From positions 62,001 through 126,000 of the forward strand of contig AP039707.1 of NCBI GenBank assembly GCA_051599415.1: DNA of 64,000 nucleotides. The letters run 5' to 3'. Made by a program: the position numbers and the translations under genes. Shown here in pieces: positions 32,913-44,080 of this stretch. Each line of letters opens with the position of its first letter. Within the stretch, counting starts at the first letter, position 1. A model generated the notes under the pieces. It saw only the letters and a program-made list of their open reading frames with translations, did no database searches and was not told the DNA's origin. This DNA is from Savitreella phatthalungensis (lineage: Eukaryota).

Positions 32913-35006
32913 TCTGAAAGCTCGAGCTCTGTATATACGCGCGAGATGACTTGAATCGGGATCGAAGAGAGGGTGCCCTATGTGAATGACATGCCTTGCG
33001 TGTTTACCCAGCTGCGTTCAGACGAGATAAGAAGGATGTCGGAGGATTTGGGCGCTGCTCCGTTGCCCTGAAGCAGGATATGATGAGATGGAAATGCTTG
33101 ATACACGCGTGTTTTCTCCTGACGCAATGCGTTGTCCGGCTCAGACAGCTAGATTGATTGCTTGTCTGCCAGGTAGTTCACTGTTTCTGAAGCTGCGAGA
33201 CTCCCAGATTGACTTGCTTCGTTCTTGTGAGCCGAGTCCCGGCGACGTTGTGATGGATAGATGAACTTTCAATGCGGGGTACGGGGCAAAGGATACGGCA
33301 AGTGGTTGGTTTGTGAGAGGTTGAAACGATCACAAGGGTCGTACAAAGGCAGGTCCCGTGATGCGTGACCCTGATTGACTGATTGATTGATGGGAGGTGG
33401 TAAAGGAGAAAGATGCAGAGATCAGGAGATTCTGCGCGTACTTCTGACTGCGTATTCTAAAAGGACGCTGAGCAACCGAGTCCGAGCAACCGAGTCCGGT
33501 AAGGTGTGCGTGCGTGCTTATTGAGAGTAAGATATGATATGATATCTTCACAGTAGGCTTACTGCTGGGATGATGTTGTCATGATATTCCATCCAGTGCA
33601 TTTCTACATGCGCGTGCTATGGAAGCGTTCCTGTAAGCTGAATAAGGCGTAAATCCATTAGAAATTTCAGTACGTGCTGTTACTCATACTCACTGCACCT
33701 GTACTACACTGCAGACCGAGTTGACCATTGTTGGCTCGAGCGACCGTCAGGCTCAGAGGCTCAGGGTCAGGCTGGAGATGGAGGGTTGACTTGCCGTCCG
33801 TTCTCGGTATCGGCTTCACTGGAAGAAGGTAAGCAGGCAGCAGAACTGGAAGAAAGTAGGCAGGCAGCAGATGTATGGTTAAGCACCTTGAGCATCCTGC
33901 AAGTCGGTAACAGGAGGCAGATGGGTCAGATGCAGGTGACAGCGTGTAGAATTCAGTCGATGCAGGTGACAGGATTTAAAATTCCACTCGATTCAGCTAG
34001 GAATTCGGGAATTTGAATTCCAAGTTCAATTTCCACCTCCTCTAGATAGAATCACGTGATTATCCTTACAATTTATAGCTCATCAATTTGAAACCGAATT
34101 CCACCTCAAGATGACCGCATTCGATCAACCTGAAACTCGAATTTTCAAACTCTGAAACGCGAACGGGTTTCAAGTTGATGTCCATACTCCAGTAATCACC
34201 ACCCGCACAACTCACATATCCTTCATCGGTCAAGGCGCTTTGGAGGGTCAGTCGCGTTCGGGGTCTATGATGATCACTGATACGATGACAGTCGTAGACC
34301 TTCCGCCGATTAGCGTTAGACTTACTCTGCGCGCAGAGCAGAGTAAACTACCTTGAACGCTCGATTTGTAGTGCCACAAAATGGGTATCTCGATTCCGAC
34401 TGATCTATGCGCTGTGAAATGAACTGGAGAAGCATTCCAGACTTGTCAATGGACGAATGGGAACGTTGAGGGCAATGAAGCTCTACGATGACTCGATTTC
34501 GAGAAGCCGATAGATCAATGGAATGACATGAGCAAGGCAGGTGGCTCAGCACTACTGACTACATGCCTGACAGTCACTGGAGCTAGACACCACCCAAAGC
34601 GAGCGCCAACCCACATGAACAGATGGTCAGAGCACGCATGTATCAGCAGCCAAAGCTCTTCTTACTGACCTTATCGGTGTAGAGAGTCAGCACAGCCAGT
34701 CCGAGAACGACAGCTGGATGCTGATAACCTGCATCGTATGTAAACCCAGATGGGGATCCGACCAGCTAATAGTGAGCCAAACCACAGACACAAGACTTTT
34801 CAGATCAACACATATTTTGCAAGGAGTTAGGAGCGTCTCAACGGACCTTCATGAAGCCGAATGCACCTCTGCAGACGTACGACCTGAAGAAGAGAATAGA
34901 CTGGAGAGACTCGGTCAGGAGGCAAAGTCTAAAAATAGATTTCAGCTCAACATCGGCCTCGAAATGCACGCTGGTCTAAATTCATTCTCACGTGCATCTT
35001 CCAAAG

Positions 35007-35060
35007 ACGCGTCTATCTTTCTCTTCATCATTACACTCCTAATACCTCTTACTGACGCGT
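35007..35060. promoter_or_regulatory. Two MCB elements (GACGCGTC) upstream of ASF1
   Basis: ACGCGT at 35007 and 35055. Confidence 0.6.
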
Positions 35061-35181
35061 CACACCACCACTACTCGATCAAGCGGGACTTCAGCAGCTA
35101 TCTGATCCGGATCAGGCATCTCATATCATCAGAGACACCCAGCAAGCTTCACATCCAATAGGACTCTGACCGAGATCCAAG

Positions 35182-36227
35182 ATGGCGCTCATCAACGTCC
35201 TTGACATTCGTTTCCTCAACAATCCTGCCCCAATTGACGCTCCTTACGAGATCGAAATCCAGTTCGAGTGTCTAGAGGCGCTCCAGAACGATCTCGAATG
35301 GAAGCTCATGTATGTCCGTCCCCATCTACCCATGCAACACAGAACTTTCGACTGACAAACCCATTCAGCTACGTTGGCTCTGGATTCGAGCATGACGTCG
35401 AGCTAGACTCCCTTCTCGTCGGGCCGATCCCAGTTGGAATCAACAAGTTCGTCTTCACTGCCGACGCGATTGATCCCTCACAGATCCCAGCAGCCGAAGT
35501 GCTCGGTGTCAGTGTCATCCTCCTGACCGCTTCGTACGACGATCGCGAATTTGTCAGGGTCGGCTTCTACTCCAACAACGAGTATGCGGATGCAGAGCTG
35601 CGTGAGAAGTACACTCGGTTGCTGGCCGAGGGCTCAGACGAGGAGAAGGCAGGATTCAAGTTCGAGGGCGTGCGGAATGTGCAGGTGCAGCGGAACATTC
35701 TGACGGAGAAACCGAGAGTGACGAGATTCAACATCAAGTGGGACAACGACAACTTCACAGACGCACCCCCAGTGCAGGAGGAAGACGATGAGGAGGCAGG
35801 CGAAGTTATCGCACTCGACCAGCTCGGCGAAGGCCAGGACGAGGAGGAGGAAGACGATGACGAGGCAGGCGCAGATACAGTCGGAGCGACCGAGGCAGCT
35901 GGAGCCGGAGAGCTTGCTCCTGGCGCTGCTCCTGGCGACGATCAGAACGCCAGCGCGTCCGCTGATGGTGCTGCTCCTGCAGACTCACACACAGTACCGG
36001 AAGATGAAGATCTCGAGGACGAGGACATCGAAGATGAAGAGGACGAGGACGAGGATGACGAGGAGGACATCGAGGACGAAGAGGAAGAAGACGACGGCGA
36101 AGGAGAAGGAGAACCTGAGCCCGAACTGGAGACCCAGGCTGCTGAAGGGGAAGCTGCGGTCGAGGCCAAGTCAGAGACGATTGATGTCCAAGATGAGCCG
36201 ATGCCAGACAAGCCTGCTGAAGCATAG
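35182..36227 (+). CDS. ASF1: Histone H3-H4 chaperone ASF1; exons 35182-35309 and 35369-36227
   Basis: Exon 1 [17 protein letters not shown]...DLEWKL; 59-nt intron GTATGT...CTGAC...CAG (35310-35368); splicing restores LEWKLIYVGS; then [28 protein letters not shown] and an acidic tail. Confidence 0.95.
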
Positions 36228-36559
36228 ACCGAAAAAGAAGATGGCCGATGATGTACAATAGCACTACCAACTGTTACTACCAAGAGACAATGCATGACGG
36301 AACACAAGCATTCAACAATCACTAGAACCCCCAAGGGCGTGACGTGATGATTTTGATTATGAGTGATGATGGTGATGTCCTTGCTGTCGTTTATCCTGCC
36401 TTGGTGGTCCTCATACGAAGTCACTGTGCAATCTGACGATTTTACTGATCACTTTTGAGATGTCTAGAAGTTCGGTCGTGCAAACAGAATAAAATCATCG
36501 ACGACACCGACGACGACCTCAGAGCGACGCATCGAGGTAGTCCTTCAAAGTTCATAGCC

Positions 36560-38894
36560 ATGGCAGACTACGATGACGATGATCTTTTTAAAGACCTGTA
36601 CGGTGACGAGGACAAGAAGGATGCTCCGGCGCCAGTAGCAGCAGCGCCCTCAGCAGCCGCAGCACCTGCTCAGGCTGCAGCACCGGCAGCTGCACCTGCG
36701 CCTACGCCTGTGCCGAATGCTGCACAAGCCGGGTCTGCTCCTACAGCTGTAACGACATCGGCTGACAAGTCGAACGACATCCTCGCGCAGCTTCAGGCAG
36801 CCGCGGCTCAAGGACAAGCTCGTGACCCGCGTCTCGGCGGCGCTGCACCGACACCTGTCTCTGCAGAGTACAACAGTGCGCCTGCAGGGCCGCCAGCGCA
36901 AGCACCTACGCCTGTGCCACCGTACATGGCCCAGCAACAGCAGCAGCAGCAGCAGTACCAACAGCCTCAGCAGTACCAGCAGCCACAGCAGCAGATGCAG
37001 TATGCACAGCAGCCTCCGCAGGCACCGAGCTACGGTGGCGGTGCTCCGGCCGGCGGCAACGGTGCTGCACCTGGAGCTTACGGCGGCGGCGGCAACAGCA
37101 ACTTTGTTCAGCAACCACGTCGTGATGAAGGGTATGTACCATTCCGTGTGACGAGACTAACGCGTAGAAAGAGCAGAGAACGAGGAACGAGAAAGAGAGC
37201 ATGTGTCCATATCCAGCAGAGATCTTGTTGTCGCTCAGAAAGAGAAGGCTCGCAATGGCGAAGCGCTAGATATACCGTACCAGGTCGGAGAAGACTGTCA
37301 GGGCAGTGCAATTGTACGCCTTATAGTCGCTCGGAAGCTAGAGAGAGAAAGAGAAAGAGAAAGAGACAGAGAGAGATATACCAAGACAGACCAAGAGACA
37401 GACAGAGAGCTCCCTCGTGCAAGCACAACCACTATCTACCATCCTTCCTACCTACCTATCTACCTTCATACGGTGACACAGACAGAGAGAACAGAGACAG
37501 TCAGACAAACACTTCTTACTCGTCGTAGCTGGAAGCACCATCGCTTTGTGGGTCTCGTCAAGTGCGACTGAAGGATCGGAGCGTGTTCATATCGGGCCAC
37601 TGCCTTCGACGAGCGCGTCCCAATCCTAGGTCACAGAGTACACTCTCTCTCAAGATAACATCTCTACAGACACACTCTCTATAACCTTCCTGAAGACCAT
37701 ACACCTCTCTCTGCCACGCTCACTATCGCTCGTTCCTCTCCTTGTTCTACTTCCCTACCGTCACAAGCCGACTCACAAGACAGATCCACAGAGACTAACG
37801 CGTTTACTGATAGAAAGATGTTTGTCGGCGGTCTCAACTGGGAGACGACCGACCAATCGCTCCGAGAGTACTTTGAGCAGTTTGGCCGTGTTACAGATGC
37901 GATGGTGATGCGTGACGGTGCTACGGGGCGATCTCGCGGGTTCGGATTCCTGACGTTTGCGGATGCGAGCATCGTGACTGGTGTGGTGCAGAAAGAGCAC
38001 TTCCTCGACGGCAAGATCATCGACCCTAAACGTGCGATCCCGCGTGACGAGCAGGAGAAGACTGCGAAGATGTTTGTGGGTGGTGTTCCGAGCGACTGCG
38101 ACGAGGACGCTTTCAAGGACTTCTTCACGCAGTTTGGCAACGTGATCGACGCAACCCTCATGATCGACAAGGACACAGGCCGACCTCGAGGCTTTGGCTT
38201 CATCACGTTTGAGCGTGACGACGCGGTCGAGCGGTGCATGCAGGTCCGCGACCTCGCCATCCACGGCAAGGTGATCGAGGTCAAGCGCGCAACCCCGAAA
38301 GGCCAAGACGCCAACCCAGGACGCTTCCAGCGAACAAACGCTCCACCACCGTCCGGCTACGGCGCACAAAACTTCTACGCACCATCCCCAAACGCCTACA
38401 ACCAAAACACCTCCTACCAGCAGCCACCGCCCACCCAACAACAACAGCAGCAGCAGCCAGCAGCAGCAGGGGCGTACGGTGGCATGACCCCGGCCATGAT
38501 GGCGCAGTACTACCAGCGGATGCAGCAGTGGATGGCGTCGATGCAGTCGCACATGAGTGCTCCGCAGGCGCAGGCGCAGAGTGGCATGACTCCTCAGATG
38601 ATGCAGCAGTTCGCTCAGTGGCAGGCGTCCCAGCAATCAGCCGGCACTCCTCCCCAAGGACCCAAAGACGATACCCAGGCCGACGCAAGGCGATCTTCAC
38701 ACCGTCGCGATCGATCACGGACCAGATCAAGATCACCAAATCGAGCAACGCAGGGTGCAAACAACGACTTCAGGAGGAGGTTAGATGATCGGCTTGACGG
38801 TGGAGGTCGATCCGGAGGAGGAGGAGGAGGTGGTAGACGTGATCGAAGGAGTGGTGGTTCTGGAGGTGGCAGATTCGAGCCTTATGGTCGGTGA
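36560..38894 (+). CDS. HRP1: Two-RRM hnRNP, Hrp1/Msi2-like; exons 36560-37131 and 37814-38894 (550 aa)
   Basis: Intron GTATGT (37132)...ACTAAC...TAG (37813); splicing gives [17 protein letters not shown]1 motifs RGFGFLTF and RGFGFITF; C-terminal PY-NLS-like GRFEPYGR. Confidence 0.9.
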
Positions 38895-38952
38895 ATTACA
38901 ATTTGAAGATGTTTAAGAGAGTATGCTGCTAATGCAGAGAGTTTTTCTATTA

Positions 38953-40905
38953 TTATCCCTTGTTGTCGTCGATGCATTTCTTGACGTCGTCTGCAGTCTG
39001 CTTGTCTGGGAAGCGGATTAGGGATTGTCTTATTTTGCGACCTTCGTCGAACCAGAAGATTCGGAGCGTTGTTTGATTTTGGACAATGTCGTAGTTGAAT
39101 TGGTGGTGAAGGTGGGTGTTGAGTCTGAGTTGGCCTAGGCCGCCCTGCTGGCGAGCGAGTACACGGACTTTGTCGGTCGCGCTGTTGCGCGATACCTTGA
39201 CCGCCACAGGACCAATCACCTGGTATGCCTTCGTGTCAGGGTCCAGGTGATACAACTTACCAGTCGAGGTGATCAGCGCAGTCTCGTCCTCCTCACCGGC
39301 ACCCGTTGCTGTGCCCAGGTCAGCACCTACCTCCGAGCCGTCCTCATCATCATCATCCTCGTCGCCTTCACCGTTGTCGTCGCCGTCCTTCTTGTCACCC
39401 GATGCAGCACCATCATCAGCCTTCTTCGGCGCAGCGAAGTTGAATGTTGGCGTCGTGGATGAAAATGCAGGAGCTGGTGCACTGCTTCCAAAGGAGAATG
39501 CGGGCTTGGGTGCGTCGCTGGACTTTGCTGCAGTCGCTGACCCGAAACCGAATGATGGTGTGGTCGTCGATGACGTTTGACCAAAGCTGAACGTCGCTGG
39601 CCCGGTCTTTGCACCAGTCGCCGCAGGTGGGGCCGCTTGGCCGAAGGAGAAACCAGTCGATGCTGCAGAGCCGCCAGAAGATTTGCCGAAAGAGAAGCCG
39701 CCGGTCGTAGAAGGTGGAGCAGAGGTGGTGGTCGCGGCGGAACCAGAATCCTTCTCGCCGCTAGCAGGCGCACCTGCTGGACTTGCAAGAGGATTCTGGA
39801 AGGAGAAGCCACTGCCAGATGCGAATTTGATTGGCTTATCCGGCGTCCAGGTGTGGTCTTTCTTCTCGTCTGGCTTCGGCGTGGCTGTAGCTGCCTCTAT
39901 TTTCTCGTCCTTCTTTTCTGATGATTCGGTCGGCTTTGTCTCCGCGGGCTTGCCGAAAGCCGGTACCTGTGCTCCTCCGAAGGAGAACTTTGGAGTCTCT
40001 GTTGCTGGTGCTACTGGCTTGGTAGCCGCAGCCCCAAAGCTGAAGGATGGCGCTTGTGCGTTGAAGGAGAATGAGGGCGCTTTGGGCTCTGCCGGCTTGT
40101 CTGCTGGCTTGTCATCAAGCTTGGGATACAGACTTGTTGTAGCTGTCGTGGATGGAGCGAAGGACGATGTCGAAGTCGACGTCGCACCGTCGACCGAGGT
40201 TTTTGGAGCTTCCATTGTCGATGATGGCTTTTTGTCAGGCCGCTCGCTCTTCTTACTCTCGTACTGCCCGCAGAGTTTTGTCAGATCAGCAAATGGATCA
40301 TTGTCAAGACTCCGTTGCACAGCCTTGAGGAAGGCTGTATTGACGGAGCGCGTGTGTAGCAGGTCCTGATATTCCGCATCATCGACATCGTTTCCTGTCT
40401 CGGTGTTGGAAGTCTGCGTCCCGGTATTCGCCGGCGCAGGCGTGGGTGCTGGCGCTTGTCCAAACAGCGACGAAGTCGATGGGGTGGTGGCAGCCTGTGC
40501 TGGCGCACCAAAGCTGAAACCAGATGTCAGCGCTGGCTGTGTCGAGGCCGGCGCGCCGAAAGAGAATGGCTTCAAGGCTTGACCCGAGGAAGACTGTGTA
40601 GAAGATGTGCCGAATGATACGTTGGCAAAGGGATTCGGCTTACTCGCGGGAGCGTCTCCACCCGAAGATGAAGTCGCGCCAGTCATACCAAAACTGAATG
40701 GGTTGGCTGCTGGCGCTGGTGCAGTCGAGCCTGATTCACCCTGTTCACCGGCTCTCCGCCGTGACTTGGGCATTGCGAGTTTCCGTGTGGCCATGACTTC
40801 TGCACTGGCCTGAACTGCAGGTTCTGGCGGTCCATCCCTGTCATACTCCGGATCATCCTCCAGATTCTCTCTGGTGATTTGCAAACCTGCCTGTCGCTTC
40901 GACAT
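38953..40905 (-). CDS. NUP2: Nup2/Nup50-like nucleoporin
   Basis: N-terminal KRQAGLQITREN...ASAEVMATRKLAMPK, many FSFG repeats, C-terminal Ran-binding domain (GEEDE...GKLY...RVLAR...LRLN). Confidence 0.88.
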   Translation of the reverse strand: MSKRQAGLQITRENLEDDPEYDRDGPPEPAVQASAEVMATRKLAMPKSRRRAGEQGESGSTAPAPAANPFSFGMTGATSSSGGDAPASKPNPFANVSFGTSSTQSSSGQALKPFSFGAPASTQPALTSGFSFGAPAQAATTPSTSSLFGQAPAPTPAPANTGTQTSNTETGNDVDDAEYQDLLHTRSVNTAFLKAVQRSLDNDPFADLTKLCGQYESKKSERPDKKPSSTMEAPKTSVDGATSTSTSSFAPSTTATTSLYPKLDDKPADKPAEPKAPSFSFNAQAPSFSFGAAATKPVAPATETPKFSFGGAQVPAFGKPAETKPTESSEKKDEKIEAATATPKPDEKKDHTWTPDKPIKFASGSGFSFQNPLASPAGAPASGEKDSGSAATTTSAPPSTTGGFSFGKSSGGSAASTGFSFGQAAPPAATGAKTGPATFSFGQTSSTTTPSFGFGSATAAKSSDAPKPAFSFGSSAPAPAFSSTTPTFNFAAPKKADDGAASGDKKDGDDNGEGDEDDDDEDGSEVGADLGTATGAGEEDETALITSTGKLYHLDPDTKAYQVIGPVAVKVSRNSATDKVRVLARQQGGLGQLRLNTHLHHQFNYDIVQNQTTLRIFWFDEGRKIRQSLIRFPDKQTADDVKKCIDDNKG

Positions 40906-41915
40906 GGCTATGACAGGAGGATAAAATTAAGGATAAGGAGACAGACGATGAGAGACTTTTCGGTTTCAGAAGTGAGGTATCGCTGATTGAGGTGAGGACC
41001 GAGGTAGTGTAGCAGATGATTGTAAGGAGGATGGTGCTGTGATAGGGTTGACTTGGAGGTTACGCCATGGGTTGTGTGAGCTTGTGCGGTACGAGTGAGT
41101 CCTGCACGGGAATCAAGCCGAGCACGGGATTGAAGATGTGGTCCACTATTCGGAGCCCTGGTCAGTCACTGTACGGTGTGTACTGCACAGGTAGGTCGAT
41201 GTCAATTAGGGTGATCTGACGCCACAGATTTTGTATCATGTGGCGCTATACAGAATCCCAAGTTCGAATGATTTGCACGGGTTTTTTACCTGTTACCAGG
41301 CCTGATAGACAGACTACCAGCGCTTAGACAACTGTTGACGCCCCAGAGCACACTGATCACGCACGGCCATGCATTCGACCTCTAGACTGGATCTGGAGCC
41401 AGAGTAGAGTTGCCGGTAAGCCGTACAGGTCGCTGAAGTAGAGGTCAGCCAGCGGACGCGCGGCCGTAAATCACTGAAGAGATATGCAGGTAAATAGACA
41501 GTCAGACAGAGAAGTGCTGCCGGTAATGAAGTGATATTTCTGCCGAGACGCTTCCAGATGACGAGTTACCGGAGGAAGGACAAGCAGCAAAGTGACTCAC
41601 AGCAGCGACTCAGAGAGCGCGAATCATGCTGCTTGAGGAGACTTTGTCCACGGCAATTGACGTGGGTCTGCGTTCTAGCTTGGAAGATATAGTCAAGTCA
41701 AGTGATGTCGGTGGAGAAGATGATTTCTATGGAGGCGGATGATTGATCACATCTGAACATGAGGGCAGACTTGGGATTGTGTATCTGGGCCCTTGAACTA
41801 GACCGACAAGTGCGTTAGGGATGACGATGACGACATCGGTGTGTTTCATCCGTCTCTATGTGTGTCTATGAGACTTCACATAGGGATGTATATGTGCATA
41901 TGAGTGTGCATGTGC

Positions 41916-41979
41916 GCATGAGCATGAGCATGAGCATGAGCATGAGCATGAGCATGGGCATGTGCATGGGCATGTGCAT
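41916..41979. repeat. (GCATGD)n hexamer microsatellite
   Basis: Six perfect GCATGA units followed by GCATGG/GCATGT variants. Confidence 0.9.
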
Positions 41980-42015
41980 TTACATACACACATATGTACA
42001 TATGTTAATGGTGAT

Positions 42016-43735
42016 CCCTATGCTCCCTGAACCTCCGAATTAATTCGGTGAAAATTCGGTGAATATTTAGTGGTCTAAATTCGGTGAAAATACGGGGGTT
42101 TTGGCGACCGCGGTTTTTCGGAGGTACCGAATTTCCGCCGAATTTCAGATTTGGAGGTAGTATCATTTGTAAAAACTGAATTTGACGACTTGAGTGATTT
42201 TAGCAATTTATTTGTATCTAAACGCGCTAGAAAGATAATCTGTGAAAAGTCGGAGGTTGCACGTGATCGGCCAGAATCGTAGCAGGTAGACGAGATTGTT
42301 TCAGATTGACGAGGATGTACCAGATAGAGTGCTCTTCAGGTCGTGTCTGCTGTGACACGGCAAATAGATGCCAATGACAGCTGTGCAGCGCCGGAGAAAT
42401 CCTGTACCGGGTATGTCAGCATGTTTCAGGATGGACAGGAGCGAGTCCCTACCGCTTGACATGTTTGAAGTAGAAAGTGAGTTTCACATAGATAGTCTGT
42501 CGTCTTGGCCTGTGAGACTGTCAGTACTGTGCAATGGCAATAGGCTATTTTGGATAGACGCACCCTGTAATGGTAGTTGAAACCACGAGTCTGTGATAAG
42601 GTCAGTCAGTCGGAATGAATGTGATTCAGGTAAACAGACCTTTGTTTCAGATTGACGGGTCCAGTGACAATTCTGCAACGGTGTCAATGATCTGGTAGAA
42701 GGGTGTTTCAGATAGACGTACCTTTGTATTGTTTCTGGAAGTAACGAGTCTGTCATTGTGTCAGTATAGTGCAGATAAGGGCATGTTTCAGGTAGACAGA
42801 CCTTCGCATTGACCTTTGCCATGAGATTGTCAAAGAGTCAGTGTCCAGTAGAGTCACAGGAATGTGCGTACCTGACTTGTCTTGTCTCAGATAGACGAGC
42901 GTCAGACAGATGAAGTGTTCCAGATAGATGAAGCGTGCCTGTGACAGCATCAGTAGAGTAGGATGATGAGAGGTTGTGGACCACTCGTACCTTGAGTGTA
43001 TGATTTAGATGATCGCAAACACACTGTGTTGAGTCAGCAGGCAGCTAGACAACCGTCTTGTCCTTACAGTGAAGTAGTTGTTTCAGGTTGATTAGACACG
43101 CGAGTCTGACAGATGATATGTAACAGATTGACGGCACATGTGTCGATTCCTCAGTGAGGTGCTCCATACATGCAGCTGGACAGACACTCTTGTTGCGCGT
43201 GGAAGTAGCATGGTCACCACTGTCATAAGGTTGTGAGTGAGTGACTAGTGTCGGACTGTCTACCTGAAACACGTCGATTGTCTCACTTATATAAGCTACA
43301 GAGGAACACTGAAAGAAACACTAATCTACTGTAGGCTGTAGGCGCCAGAAAAGCCTCCACATTATCGATTTAGCAATTACGCACTGCTCTACCTCTTGCC
43401 TCATTGAAGCAGCAAAGTTGAATTTGTCTAAGTCCGTTAGAAACTCCGGGGTAAGTCTGAGGTTGATTGCAAGGTCTGAGATTGATTGCTGCGTTTCAGA
43501 CATCACGTGATTCTAAGTACACAAAATCGGTCAGAATTCGGAGGTGACACTAAAAATCGGTGATTTCTCGGAGGTAAATTCGATCTGAAAGTCAGATTCG
43601 GTGATTTTCCGGAGGCCGCCAAATCTGCTGCGAGAAATCGGTGATTTATCTGTGACTTTTCGGAGGTCAACTTTCGCCCTTCATAGTAAATCGGCGATTT
43701 TTCTGCGATTATTCGGAGATCGGGGATTCATAGGG
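42016..43735. mobile_element. Putative non-autonomous TIR DNA element (1.72 kb) with subterminal and internal repeats
   Basis: Left end CCCTATGCTCCCTGAACCTCCGAATTAAT versus reverse complement of right end CCCTATGAATCCCCGATCTCCGAATAAT; AT on both flanks (possible 2-bp TSD); TCGGWG repeats at both ends; no transposase ORF. Confidence 0.6.
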
Positions 43736-44027
43736 ATGATCTCCATTCGAGCAGTAGATATATATAACTTTACAGCGTACACTCATACGTGGGTTTCATG
43801 TATGGACGTGGCTGGGTTCAGCATGCATTGGCAGGTGGAAGCAAGATCAAGTGGTGAAATAATTCGAAAGGATGATCACGTTCAACCTTGGATAGATTAG
43901 AGTACGTTCTCTAGATCCATCCAAGCTACGTGCTGTTGTGTGCATCCGCTGTTTCGAATTGATGAGAAGGGATAAAGCATGTGCGAGAATTGTGTGTACG
44001 GGATTGATCCAAAGGGATGCACGATTC

Positions 44028-44080
44028 GGTCATGAATTGTATGAGATAGAGTAGGTGGGTCATGAATTGTATGAGATAGA
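44028..44080. repeat. 23-bp direct repeat, 30-bp period
   Basis: GGTCATGAATTGTATGAGATAGA at 44028 and 44058. Confidence 0.9.

Noticed and set aside
36343..36437. Possible box C/D snoRNA (GTGATGA...CTGA) between ASF1 and HRP1
   Set aside because: No convincing terminal stem or recognisable rRNA guide; TGA-rich low complexity explains the boxes.
37132..37813. Stwintron, recursive splicing or TPP riboswitch in the HRP1 intron
   Set aside because: Removing the 36-nt intron gives GG|AAAG and creates no new GT donor; no TPP aptamer core was seen.
42283..43271. CRISPR array interpretation of the 14-bp motif array
   Set aside because: Repeats are short and degenerate, spacing is irregular, the host is eukaryotic and there are no cas genes.
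42368..43506. Small ORFs inside the TIR element as transposase remnants
   Set aside because: No DDE or other transposase motifs; their peptide repeats come from the DNA motif read in different frames.
42016..43735. piggyBac assignment from the CCCT...AGGG ends
   Set aside because: The flanks are TGAT and ATGA, not the TTAA target duplication.
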